Positions 49,551 through 62,861 of a DNA stretch of 64,000 bases are shown here, one piece after another; positions within the stretch are counted from its first letter, which is position 1, and the number at the start of each line of letters is the position of its first letter. The DNA is from Nemertoderma westbladi (taxonomy: Eukaryota > Animalia > Xenacoelomorpha): positions 1 through 64,000 of the forward strand of contig JAUCBJ010006798.1 of the NCBI GenBank assembly GCA_032718475.1. The letters run 5' to 3'. The notes below the pieces were generated by a model, which was not told the origin of the DNA, ran no database searches, and saw nothing but the letters and a program-made list of their open reading frames with translations. The position numbers and the translations under genes are program-made.

Positions 49551-52500
49551 CTAGTTTCCGAGTACACCCTTTGTTATGCGGTCGCAAATAGCAACAAAGT
49601 TCCAAGTGTACTTGTTATCCATATTTAATTGTCTGAAGTATTCCCGAACTTCGATGACTCCAGTGTTCTGTGGAAGGTCTTGAGCGGTCAGTATGAGCTC
49701 CTGATATTGTGGTAACGACTGACTGCAGATACGTCTCATACGCAACGTGTGATGGGTCCACTGCCCAAAATCCATATCCCGCCTTAAATGGTAACCAATG
49801 CATCTGCGCTTGGATGTGGTAGTCAGCCACACTCTCCCACTTATCTAGCATCTCCCGAAGTAGGTTAGCGCTATGGTTTTGGAAGGAATCGTCTCGCAGT
49901 TGGCATCTCGCGCTACGATGTCCCTTTACTCCACAATATCCACATTGAGAAATGAATACGGTGCACGTATGAAACGAATGGTCGGTCTCATTGCACCAAC
50001 GGCAGACCTTATGCGCCGCCTCCACTACCGCTTCGCACGATTTTTGATTGTGCCTTGTGCTGCCGCACAACTTGCACCTACGCGCTTGTGGAAACCAGGC
50101 CCTCTCGTATATGAGGTCTCCAATCGGTTTCGCACTTCCTTCTTTCCCAATGTCTAATACGATGTCATCCTCTCCGGTCAGTGGTTGTCGATCCGGAACA
50201 AAGTAAACATCATCGCCCTTGTCCTCTATCTCCAATATTTCCTCCCGCGTTCGTTTCGGATATGTCTTCTCCACTGGAAGATCCACTCCAAACACTTCTA
50301 CTAACATCTCCGGCCAACCCTCTCTAATAGGTCTATCAGCTTCCGAGTGGAAGGGAGTACCAAACCCGCGGGTTTGATTCCCGAACCACTTCTCTAAAGC
50401 CTCTGGCGTCGGATATTCCATCGACGGTCGGTCTCCCAAATCTCCGATGTTCTGTCGATATATTCCTTCGAATATCGCTAATCCTCTCCTAACCATCAAC
50501 GTATTCTCTAACGATTGGTTGAAGAACGGGGTTAAGAAACGCTTCATCACGTCGGATTGGATTCCCCCTTTCGAGCGAACGTATTGATCTCCTCCGAATA
50601 CCAATGGATGACACTTCAAAACTCGCGCAACGATATCCGCTAATAAACAAGTTACCGTGTTCGACTCAAGCACCAAATAATATTGTAGTGACGCACGGGG
50701 TGGCGCGCAAATGTTCCAATACACTACGCTTGCCGCTTGAAGTGGGATTTGAACTCCGCTCCCGGTGGCGTGTTATATTCACCATACGCCTCCTCGTACT
50801 TCTTCTGTGTCTTCAACTTAAAGTCCCAATTATACAATAAATGGGCTATGAAGCCCATGCCAGTCTTGGCAGAGTTGGGATACTCCCTATAAATTCCAAT
50901 ATCCTGTGCCCATAGCAACAATAGGTTGGTGTCGACAAACGGTCTCGGCAATCTATCTTCAAAATCAGTCATGGCGTTGAAGTCACTCTCCAAATCGCTC
51001 TGGACTCCCGATCCCACCTTGACGTAATCTTGGTTAAGAATAGCCTCTCTAACCTTCTTGGGTAGCATCCTGGTGTCGATACGCTCCGCTCCGTGCATAC
51101 CTCCTCGCCTGCATACCTCCAAAATCTGTTCCCTAGGATCCTTCCCCTTCCGATATTGTGTCGTTATTATGGGTTCCGGTCTCTCTCGATCCAGCCTTAC
51201 GCGCATAAACACATGAGTCACACCATCGGCCGCGCGAATTTGAATGCATTTGCTAGTCAAGCATTCCTGATGAGACCCTCCTTCATTGTCGTAGAACATC
51301 ACTCTCCAATCCTGCAGTGATTCCTCCGTTTTCCTCCACTGACGCTGAATCTCGTCTGATGGGGTCCAAATGCGCTCGATAGCCTTGTGGTCATCATATC
51401 GGGTGTAAGAACCCTTCCTCCTCAGCCACGTCTGGTCTACCTCCACGTCATCTGGGAACGTAGCCACCGCGACCCATACCTTGATGTACTTATCCAACCA
51501 TCCGAATAACTTACTCTCCTTCCCCGGAGCTCCAATCTTGTCCAGTGTGTCGTAGTCCGTGATCTGCATCGGGACATCACGCAAGAACTTTGCGCATAAA
51601 AATTCCCGTAGACAGTCGACGTTCCAATGATCCGACATCCTCACCATCGGCAAGAATCTAATCGCTTCTCGCGACTCCGGGTGATCTACCAATATTGCAG
51701 GTTCGTTGCCGTCGGAATAATACACCAGTCGGGGTTGAGATACGGCCTGTGGAACAAATCCAGTCACTCTCCTCGTCTCCTCCTGATGTCTATACGTGGT
51801 CTTATTATATTCCGCTACCCGCGCTTCGAATAACTGTTTCGCCTTCGCCGCTCGCTCCTCCTGCCGCAACGCGTCTATGTCGTCCTGATGCTCAGGCGTG
51901 AGGTTTCTCGCTCGATGAGGCGAAGTAAACGTAGTCCAGGGACTCGAGAGCTCCAAACCCGCGGGTTTGGTACCCGAGTCCCGTGCCGCTTCGCGCCGCG
52001 CCTCTAGGTCCTTGTAGACTCGGTATAGCGAAATGGCCGCTGCCGTCTCTATCAAACTGGGTGTCGAACAGGGTTTAATCTCCATATACGGATCTAATGT
52101 CGTAACGGTCGGTGTAATGGGTCTTAGAGGTCGCTTTCCGCTGAAGTCGATACTGATCATCGGGTTGCTCATTGGGTAACCTCCTCGTTGTATCTAAGGA
52201 ATTGGTGAGCTTGACATTGCGTTAATATCGGTTCAGGATGTTGCTCGTCCAGTCGGTCGGGAATCGCCACGTCTTGTTTGTTCATGCATTCACCACACTT
52301 GTAAAACAGCTTGTACACGCTGAAGATTTTCGGCGTCTCCTGATCCTCGCCTCGAGTCCTCCGGTACAGATGCATTCCGTCGAACTGATCTCGGACTGCA
52401 GGTAGAGGTTTGTCGTGTCGTAAATACATGTTCATATGGTACAGCCGCGCAATCTCCTCGTCCGGGTCTCCACATCGCAAACGTCCAATGCAAAATCGTA

Positions 52501-52737
52501 GGGATACCGAGTGCGATACTCTTTCCGCAAAACTTCCATACGGTCTCCCAACGCTCTCATTCTTTCCCTCCTTAATTCCTTATCGTACGCGGGTTTGTAC
52601 TTCCCATTTAGCTCCATTACTGACCTTCCATGTTAGTAAACGTTCGAATCTTTACATCCCGGTCAGGCAAATGGTAGTTCCGCCTCCTCTCTAGCAGTAA
52701 ATCCTCTCCGCGGTTGCGCTCTAATTTCCTTCTCCAT
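49551..52737 (-). pseudogene. Accessory exonuclease-CCHC ORF of E, several frameshifts, shorter C-terminus than in B
   Basis: Colinear with 27788-30900: FYDNEGGSHQ, KVGSGVQSDL, LQYYLVLES, CKLCGSTRHNQKSC, CRWCNETDHSFHTC, CGYCGVKGHRSARC. Confidence 0.82.
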
Positions 52738-52796
52738 TATGAGCCGCGTATATACATATATATATCCCAATAGGTTCCGTTACGTAACTAATTACA

Positions 52797-52994
52797 CTGT
52801 GGCGATGTGGGTAAATCAGTTAGATGTCGCCGAAGGTCAGACCTCCTAAGCCCCCCCCCCCCCCCCCCCCCCCACCCGCCTTCCAGCAGTTCAGGTTCGA
52901 CTCTCTAGATCCTGTCTCATTCCTAACTATCATCTAACCTATTCCCATGCATAGCGCAAAAACTTTGGAGATAAACTGGCCGTGACCAACTCAC
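52797..52994 (-). other. Predicted 198-nt intron in the leader of the accessory ORF of E
   Basis: AAAAG|GTGAGT donor, CATCTAAC branch site, CACAG acceptor; mirrors 27548-27745. Confidence 0.65.
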
Positions 52995-53519
52995 CTTTTG
53001 ATGCCCAACCTACTCCCATTACTCGTACTAAACTACAGTAGTTAGAAAGGACAATAGTCTCAACGCTCGACTATACCAAACCCACAGGTTTGTTAATCGA
53101 ACCTCACACTTCACTGCAAACTACTGAGTGGGGTCGTGTATGCCTCTGGTGCTACTAACCTTTAGCACCTTAGTTGCACTGTTGGCACCAATCTGTGGAA
53201 GTTGCTAAACTCAATTTATACTCCTACGTAATATAGCCATCACCATGGTTTCTAAATGCTATTTTCCAGGCTTCACGACTTTTCAAATTACTGTATATCT
53301 ATAGACGAATTCTAAAACGCGTCTATACACAGGGTCTGGAATTGTCTTGGGTTCATTTCTAAATTTTTAAAATTTTCTAATTTTCCAAAATTTTTGAAAT
53401 AAAATTTTGTTTTTGATACCCACCAGACAAAACTCAACGCAAATCACCGCAAACTCGCTCCTATGCATTTCCTAGTATTTGCATACAAGGAATGCATACA
53501 AAGTGAGTTGCGTCCAACA

Positions 53520-56500
53520 CTAATTTTTGATTGAGGCAGGAGACAAATTATAATCTCCCGTCTCGTTGCGTGTCTCCTCTAATAACACGATATCTTGGAC
53601 CGGTCGGTCCAAGGTGTGTAAACCATTAGTTTTACACTTCTTTGGGTGCGGACACTTGCACCTAATTTTCACAGTAACTGTGCGCACTATGTTTTGCACG
53701 TCTGGGTGTATATGCAAGATGACTCCTGTTTCCCAATATTTTCTCTTGACAATCGGTTCGGTTATCAATATGTAGTCTCCTCTTTGGAGGCTCCGAACCG
53801 TTTTGTACCACTTTGATCTGGTGGATATGGTGGGAAGATAGTATTCCCGCCAATATTCCCAGAATGTGTACGCGACTAATTGTGTTACTTTCCAGCTTTT
53901 ACGACTATATAGGTCAGCACTAATGGGTTCTGATGCCGGCACAAGAAATGCTGGACTCTGCATTAGCAAATGATTCGGCGTTAATGCAACACCGTCTGGC
54001 AACATAGCTATCGGCCTCGAGTTTAGTGTATGCTCGATTTCGATGAAAGCTGTGACCAGCTCGTCGTCAGTAAGTTGTTTGTTTACAGGCAAGGTTTTAG
54101 CAATGGCCTGCTTTATGGAACGAACCAAACGCTCCCAACTTCCTCCTCTCCAAGGACTTTCTGGAGTGTTGAATCTCCATTTTACTCTTTGCGGCAAAAG
54201 TGCTGCAGAAATTTCTCTATTCTGCGCTGCTTTGTGAGCCGCGTTTAACTCGCTATTCCCCCCGACAAAGTTTGTACCCTTATCAGAGTAGAACGCCTTT
54301 ACTAGTCCTCTCCTGGCCATAAATCTCTTTAAGGCCAGGAGCAGAGATTTGGTCGACATGTCTGCCACATGCTCGATATGTATGGCTCTACTAGCCATGC
54401 ATGTCAGTAGCAGGCCCCATCGCTTGTGGGTCAGCCGTCCTACTACTAGGATCGGCATGCTGCATTGCAGCTGCATTTTTAAGAATGCTGTGCCGGCTTG
54501 TCAACAAAATTGCACCGCCACAACTCCCTATCACCCATGACATTTGCTAGATCATCCGCATCTTTAAGGCCAGTGTCCTTTAAGATGCGTCTCAAGAAAG
54601 TCATGGGCTGTCCACCATGCTTATTCACTCCATGAGGCTGCCAAAGTACAAGATTATGCACTGGCTGGTCCTCACGGCGAAAGCAATGTCCTGCAAAGCG
54701 GAGGCGATTTTGTTCTAGTGTCAAGCTTGGGGGAACCAATGAGACACCTCCAATGTTATATAGTGTCTGGTTGGAGATGTGTGCATTGTACTTGACACAA
54801 TGTACCCGGCGTAGCATTCTTGTGAATGTGCCATCCAGAGATTTGGTGTCCTCAGCAGTTAGAGCCCAGCATGGACTCCCGTAGAGGAGTACTGGAACTA
54901 CTGCTGCTCTAAATAATCGGACCTTAAGTTTCCGATTAATTCTCGGTGACTTCCAAATCCTGGAAAGCCTATTCAAGGCTGCCCATGCCTTTCCCTTATG
55001 TATTCGAAGGTCCTCACCTGACTTCCTCAGCCGTCCACTCTTTGCCTCAATCGGACCAAAACAATCCACCCCTGTATTTGTAAAAGGTGGGTTATATGCC
55101 TGCACTCTCGCTTCCGGGAGTTCAGCCATCTCCTGTTCCAATACTCTGGCGTTCACCCTCTTGCAAACCAGACAGGCGTCGTACATGGTGCCTACTGCCC
55201 TGCTTGGCTGCAATAGAATGAATCGCTGTCTCGCTGCCGACAAACAGTGTAACTTTCCCGCAAACAGTGCAACCTCTTGTGTATATCCCATAGAATCGCT
55301 CTTTGCAATTCTATTGGGTGACTAGGGATTATCACTGGGAACCTAAACTGTGAGTTTAGGTCGACAGTCTGGATTCTCGATCTATGACAAATCAAACCCT
55401 TATGGATTAATGGACTCCATTTTCTAAGGGGTTTATAGAGAACTGGTCGTTGAGCCGATAATAGATAGAATTTCTTTGGGAAGGCACACATTTGATAATG
55501 TTTCAAATGCTTTAATTCCGCTTGATCAATCTCATCCTCTGTCAGAGGTTGTTTCAATTTCTGAATTCGCTCACTATTGACGCTCATTTGTTCTCCCAAA
55601 TGTTTCGAATGTTTTATACAAAGGTACGAAATGTATCGGCTTAACCACGCAGTTCTTTTACAAATTGTCAGCCAAGAGGCAGACGAATTTAGTAATTTGT
55701 CATAAATACTACATGGCTCTAATGCCAGCGATGGTTGCCCGCTAACTAATGGAAGTTTCGAATCCAAACCCGCAGGTTTGAAAACCAAAGGCTCCATTGT
55801 GTCGGTCATTTTCTGTCCGTCACTTACCAACTGTGACTCTGGTTTAGTCTGTAAGGGTGGTTTTATGTCATAACTTACCCTTCCGGACCTAGTCGTCACG
55901 TAAGTCTGTAGGTCTGACAGGTCTCCGGGCCGCTCCAATGACTCTTCAGGCTGCTCCAATGACTCTTCAGGCCGCTCCAATGACTTGAGTTTGGCTTTAG
56001 ACTTTGACTTAGAGACTTTCTCCACCTTGACTTCTGCATCGTCTGGCATCGGATTGGTCACTATCTTCAGTCGCTCTGGCCAATGTTCCTGTGTCCTCGT
56101 TAGAAAATCAGGTCTATGCAACCAAAACTCCTGGGACTCTTCCTGACAGAATTCCGCCGGCATTGCACCTCTCGAAGTTATGTCGGCCGGGTTTAACACT
56201 CCCGGACAATGTCTCCATTGTTCCTTCATCGAAAAGTCGACGATCTGAGCGCATCTGTTGGCCACAAATGTCTTTAGTGCAATATTGTCGGCCGCGATAT
56301 ATACTAACACTAAGGATGCGTCCGTCCAATAGAATAAGGTCAATGTCGTGTCTAACTCCTCTGTTATCTGCTTACTTACCTCAACTGAAACTACTGTCGC
56401 CTGTAACTCTGCACGAGGGACAGTCATGTATTTGACCGGCATTGTCTTTGATCTAGAAGTCACAAAAGCCGTCTCAAACTTGTCCTGACTTACCTCTCGG

Positions 56501-59500
56501 CAAAGGTAGGCTACCATACCAAAGCCGGTGTCACTTGCGTCACTAAATAAGTGCAGCTCGAGATCCGCTGGAAATACCAGCTGATTCGGAAAGTAGGAAC
56601 GGGGTACATCTATGTTTTACAATAGATGCAACTCGGCTTCCCACTCTCTCCACTGCTTTGCATGTATAGGAGATATTGGTTCATCTCACCCTAAGTCGGA
56701 CAACCAAATTTTCCTCATGCACGCTCGTGCCTGTAATATTACCGGACTGATAAAGTTCATCGGGTCAAATAGTCTACTTAACATCGATAAGCAAATTCTC
56801 TTTGTCAAAACTTTGTCTGGACTACTGGGCTCAAATCTAACTCTTACCTGGAACTTGTCCATGTTCGGGTTCCAAGTGAGTCCCAGTACTCGCGCCATGG
56901 GGATGGGTTCTACCCCCAATTCTATGTCTCCGCTCCCGCGATCTTTCACCGGGAATGACTCTAATAGGGCCTCCGAATTAGTGGTGAACTTGGTTAGAGG
57001 AAAACCCCCTGTAGCCAAGCACTCTTGCAGGCCGTGAGCCACTTCTATGGCTTGTTCCGCTGTGTCCTTGGACACCAATCCGTCGTCCATGTAGAAGTTT
57101 CTCAATATAGACTCGATAACCTCTACTGGGTACTTACCAATCTGGGCTGTTGTCGTTTTCTTTAGAACAAACAGCGTGCCATTTGGACTATCGCGGGCGC
57201 CAAATATCCTAACGTACATTTGGTATATAACCACTGGGCCGGATAAGTCTTCATTCTCAAACCAGAGAAATCGAAGGCTATCCTGGTCTGCCTTACAGGC
57301 TCTTACCTGGTGGAACATCGCCTCGATTTCACAAGTAAATGCGAATCGCCGCTGTCTAAAACGTAACAGTATACCTATCAAATAATTATTCAGGTTGGGT
57401 CTGTCCATCAACTCTGAATTCAGGGACATGCCTCTATAGACTGCTGCGCAGTCATTGACTACTCGGACTTTGTCAGGGTGAGTCACATAGTGGTGTGGGA
57501 GGTAATAAGTCTGGTCTGTCACTAAGTCAGGGTCCTCTACCTTCCCAGCAAATCCCTTGGCGAAATAGTTGTTGATCTGGGCGCAATACTTCTCCCTAAT
57601 GTCCGGATCCTTTAACAACCGAGCCCTTACTCCGTTCAATCTTTTCAAGGCTAAGCTGTAGTTGTTCTCCAACTTAGGAGGTTGTCGACGCCACAACATT
57701 CCAACTTCAAAATGTCCAGTCGGTAGCAGACGTATGGTATCTTCCATCATCTCCAGCAACCGTTTCTCATCAGCAGACATGGTTAGGTCATATCCACCGG
57801 GTTCCATTGCGTCCCTATCCAGCCATTCGACGGTTCTGGCTCCTGTCTCGAGGTCCTGACGTATCAATTCCTTCTGCAATTCCTCCTCACTGTATTGGAA
57901 AATGTCAAGGTCTCGATATTTAGCCACCTGACCCTCCACTATGTCGGTATAAGTCAAAACGTTACTCAGATAAGTAGCGTGGGCCGCTGAACCAGACCCA
58001 CGGGTCTGATAACAGTAGTCCTCGGGTTCACTATCTGTCCGGTCATTGTGGAGTGGTTCCGACAACCTAACATTATCGGGAATCAACTCCTTGTCCGACT
58101 CGCTAACGTCACTATAATGGTCAATACAGGTTCTCCTAAACTCGTCTATGTCTGGTGGTTCTACTAACGGTGGTTCAGTTATAGGCTGTAATCCGTCGTA
58201 TCTATCTATTGGCTTGTCACCACCTGTAAACTCGTAGGACATGGGTACTCTTGTATACCAACCTAATATAGTCCTATGGGCATGTGGTTCACATGTGTCC
58301 GCATGTGGTTACATGCGGTTCAGCTGGTCTCGTTTCCCATATCTGGTGTGCGATCAGCTGTTCTGCACCAATCAACATAGAAACATTCCTATAACCTACC
58401 TGGTGTCTGGATACTCTGAGCTTGTCAAAATACTCCTGTGCTATGGGACTCATCGGCGGCACCTTACCTAACTGCCTGCCGAACCCCTTCCTAGCTAGAC
58501 ACTTAAATCCGTCCAATGGCAAAGCTCTCCGTTCTTGTCGAGTATGTTGGTCTCTCGGAAGTAGGGAGTCTAGTTCTACCGAAATTCTGTGTCCCTTGAG
58601 GTCCCCTACCCCGTGCATAGACTTTAACTCTAATTAGATTTCCTCGGCGTCTTGGAAGCTAGAAACGGCTCTCGCCACTTCCTCGTCGATATAAGATAAT
58701 GTCTACGCAGTGTCCAACATCACATATATTCGCTTTGATCCCTTATCGCCAGTAAGTTTCACCGGAATAACTCTAAATATTTCCGACGTGGCCAATGATA
58801 AATACGTCCACGCACTGGTCGATGAACTATCCGCGGTAAAACCTTGGCAGGTCACTTCTCTCGCGCTCGACTCACCATCCTCGTCCAACGAACCTGGTTG
58901 ATAACCATCGTCCTGAATGCCGGTGTACGTATTTCTATACGATATTTTATCTATTTCGATACGGGTTCTTTGCTCCCCTTCCTTTGAGGATTTTGCTGTA
59001 AGTAACAATCCGTTGGAGTGTGGAAATCCGCATGTAGCAACTTGTGATGTAGTCTGCCGCATTCCATGCATCCGTCCTTGCTGTTTGGGCACTGCCGCCG
59101 TACATGACCTGGCGCAAGACATGCCCAACAGGTGTCCAACGTCCGTACTTGAACTCTTCTCTGTTCCGAATTTAATTCTTTGAACCGTCTGCAACTATCT
59201 AACTTATGGTCGTCAGATCTTACCTCCTTTAGTAAGCAGAATTGGCAACCTACAAATCCATCCGGCAACTCCTGTTGCTTTAACCTAGGTCTATCTAATC
59301 GCTCACCTGACCATACTCGCGAGTCTGATCTAAAGGCTGTGGTACTCGAATTATATCTGTCTACTGAGTTAAATGTCACAGTGGTCCTGTCATCGTCAAA
59401 ACTTACCATAGACTTACCGGTAACAGGTTTAGACTCTCTCATATTCTCCTCTGAGAAATTTGATTTCATCTCTGCTACTACTGCGTCTGTGGCTATCATG

Positions 59501-62411
59501 TCATGAATGTGCTGAAGTGTCAACACCTTACCTTGACCCTCCAACTTATTCTCTAATTTGCACCATTTTTGTCTGTAACGCATGTTTAAACGTCTTATTA
59601 CGCTCTTCAAAACTTCGGCATGATCACCATGGTGAGGTAGATTCACCGTCCTCAAGATGTCCAATGCGTTCGAAATAGCGTTCGCTGAGTTCAACAGCTC
59701 TAACGGAGTTGTAATCCTTCCACCCTTACCCAAGTCTTCCACTATCGACTGTGCCATCTTGGTTTTATTCCCGTAGATGTTGCTAAGCGTCTTCATTGCC
59801 AACTCAAACGCTCTTTCATTGCCGACGAAGTTGTCAGCAATGGCTCTAGGTTCTCGATGGAGCATTTGAAGCAAATAGTTGAACTTCTCATTGGGAGTAA
59901 AGGTTCTGTTGGTCAGCTGTTCGTCGACATAGGTTTTGAAAGTCCTCCAATGCTTATGGTTGCCCATAAACTTCTGGGGTTGTTGCGTCGTTCCGGGTTA
60001 ACAAATGGTTTAGTTCTGCAGGATTATTAAGTCTGGTCCTTTCCCGGGGATTAAAACTTACCTGCTCCGCGTCCGTCCTTCTTTCCTTATAGTTTCGGGA
60101 CTTCTGACGTCTCATTTCTTCCTCTTCATCGCTTGAGTCAGTATCAGTTATCAGCCCTCGCGTTGGTTTGCGCGCCGAAGCCCTGACCCAAGCCTCCTGT
60201 ATAAACTTCTCTGCCGAATTTTCGAAATTTGGATTATGGATAATCGGGACAGGCGTCCTTACCTGAGGTCTATGTGGTATAGTTGCCTCCGATATACGTA
60301 CTCGTTGACTAGGTTGGACTTTATCTAACTCAGGCTTGCTAGGATTGGAATTACTTCTTACCTGGGCTGCTTCCTTTAACTGCAGGTTGCTAAGCATGTC
60401 CGTTATAGGTTGGATGTGCGGCGATATAGCTTGCGCTAAACTAGCACGTAACTCATCCCTCGTAATAAATTCCTGGCTAGGGTTCTGTTGTATAGTCGGC
60501 TCTATCTGAGTAATCCGCTGTCTCTCATATGATCCCTCTTCCGGTTTAACCCGGAAGTTCTCCGTCGAACTGGGTCGGCGCTCCGTCTGCGTATTCCAAA
60601 CCCGCGGGTTCGGTTCGCCCAATACTCGTCCTGTCGGAGTTTCTCCCCTAAATTCTTCGTTCTCGCATTCGGTATGTAGTGGTGCGGTGTTCCGATGACG
60701 TGGATCCTGCGCGATGGGTGAAGCACTAATACCAACTGGTGTGCGATATGTAGAGAACGGTTTAGCGATCCGTGTACTCGTAATAGCTGGACCGGGTATA
60801 GGAATTATGGTCGTCGTCGACTCGCGTATGGTCGGAGTTCTCGCTTCCTGTTCGGCCTTCTGGAGTGCGAACAGTTCTCGCAACTCGGTACCTACACTCG
60901 CCCCACATTCTTCGATCATTCGCATCCCCTTCTCGGCGATTTCATTCGCCTTCCTAGTCCGTTCTTCGCTCTCTAGATTTAATCTCGCACTTTCTAACTG
61001 CGCCAGTTTACGTTCTTCTTCTTCCCTTGCTCGTCTCGCTGCGCTCTCTTCTTCCACACATGCCTTCTCTTCATACAACGCCTGTCGCTCCTTCTCGATC
61101 TCGCGTTCGCGTTCTTTATGCTCGTGTTCGAGTTGAAGTTCGTATTCCTTTTGTTCGCGTTCCTTGCGCTCACGCTCGACTTGAAGTTCGCGTTCCTTGC
61201 ACTCGCGCTCGAGTTGAAGTTCGCATTCCTTGCGCTCGCGTTCCGCTCGTTCACGCTTACCTTTATCCTCCAACTCTCGCAACTTCGCGTCTAACTTACG
61301 TGTGAGCTCCCGTTCCCGCTCGGCTTCCTTCCGTGCTTCCGATGCACGCAAAACTTCCGCCTCTTGTTCGTCCAGTCGGCGTCTTCTCTCCTCTGCCGAG
61401 TTGTGAGAAACAAGGGATCTAGCACATATAACCTTACCGCGCGCGTGACTAACCTGGGAATCGCCACTGTCTCTAGATGCGTCGTCGGGTGGAGTCAACG
61501 TTCTCTGTTGGATGTTCTCCGTAGTCGGTAGCACCTGGCCCGGTACCACCACTCCACTCTGCATCAACCAGCCGGTAACTTCCCGTTGATACCTGCACTC
61601 CTCTTTATCTTACGTTTCTTCCCGCTCCACTAAGTTTCTTGACTCTGCGTCACTCACCTGAGTCGCCTGCGCTTGTGATGCCCATAGCAGCCAGTTCTCC
61701 GTCCTAACTCGTCGAAATCGCTCCGATAACGTGCGATACTCCAACAAGGCTGCTAAAACCCTGTCGTAAATCCTCATCGCCACGTCGCTCGACTGAGACT
61801 CCACTGCTCTCTTTGCCAGGACTGCAAGCTCCTCTGTCTGCTTGAATAACGCTGAGTTGTATCCTCTTCTAATCTCTTAAACCTCTCCTAAACCCTTCCC
61901 TTCCGATGTTCGCTGAGTCGGCTAGCATCTTCCTTACCTTGTCCGCCGTCCGGGTTATATGTCCGTCATGAGCGCGAAGTTTCTTCTTTATCGCGATGTC
62001 AAGTTCTCTCTCGCTTACCTGACTTACACTTGGTGGACTTGAAGGATTATTCCAGGAACTACGGGTACTCCTTACAGCCGCTGGGACCACGGCACTTACC
62101 ATACCCACAGGTCTGGAAACCAGGCTCCGGGCTCTCACTTCTGCTACACTTCCCTCCCTATCACTCACCTCTGGTCGGGCTGTTGTACAATCCTTCCTTA
62201 CAGTAGTGGTAGGGGATTCTAATACTATTACTTCTACTTGCTCTTCCTCACTAGTTACTGTCTCGTCCTCCTGTTCACTTACGTCAGCGTCGCTCGCTGC
62301 GTCGTCATAGTCGGCATTATCGTCAACAGTAATATTATCGCTATCGTCAGTCGGCGGTCCAGCCGCCGTCTCATAGCTGTCCTCTAGTGCCTCCTTCTCT
62401 GAGACACTCAT
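53520..62411 (-). pseudogene. Disrupted gag-pol of E (coiled-coil Gag, CCHC, protease, RT YMDD, RNase H, integrase)
   Basis: CWACLAPGHVRRQC, VMLDTA, YYLPHH, FGARDSP, FYMDD, PRAEL, YWTDA, VDCFGP, SDKGTNF, GGSWER; many frameshifts and stops. Confidence 0.9.
54441..55026 (-). mobile_element. 5'-truncated RTE-like LINE inserted in the integrase of E
   Basis: 10-bp TSD TCAGCCGTCC (54431-54440, 55027-55036); VLLYGSPCW, RLRFAGHC, DRELWR; (TAG)n tail. Confidence 0.9.
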
Positions 62412-62861
62412 AGTCTAAATAATATTTGCCTTCCGGCCAAAATCTCGCAAAAATTCGAGATATATATATAATTTAATCGAAATACGATTAAATTATTTGT
62501 CAAATAATTAGTTGTCCAAATGTCAAAATAAATTCGCAATGCAATATTGTGAATTTAATAGGATACGGTTATAGCAAATACCAATACAATATTTAAACAA
62601 AAATATTATTCTATAGCTATTATATAGCATTTAAATACCGGTATAGCACAAAATAACTTTGAATCTAATACAAAATATTCAAAATAAACTTGCCACCCAA
62701 ATATTTCTAATTTTGCATATATAGCTCTAATCAACGCAATTTTAATTACAAATATTATATGTATCCACTAGCGCGTGGCTACATCTTCGGGCTGCGACTC
62801 TCTATCTCTCTAACTTGAGCGATTCAAAAAACCATGGCAGGCTAAACCTAACTAACCTAAC

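Noticed and set aside
62845-62861. Telomeric (TTAGG)n repeat
   Set aside because: Only two or three imperfect units, located at the PBS position of E; not an array.
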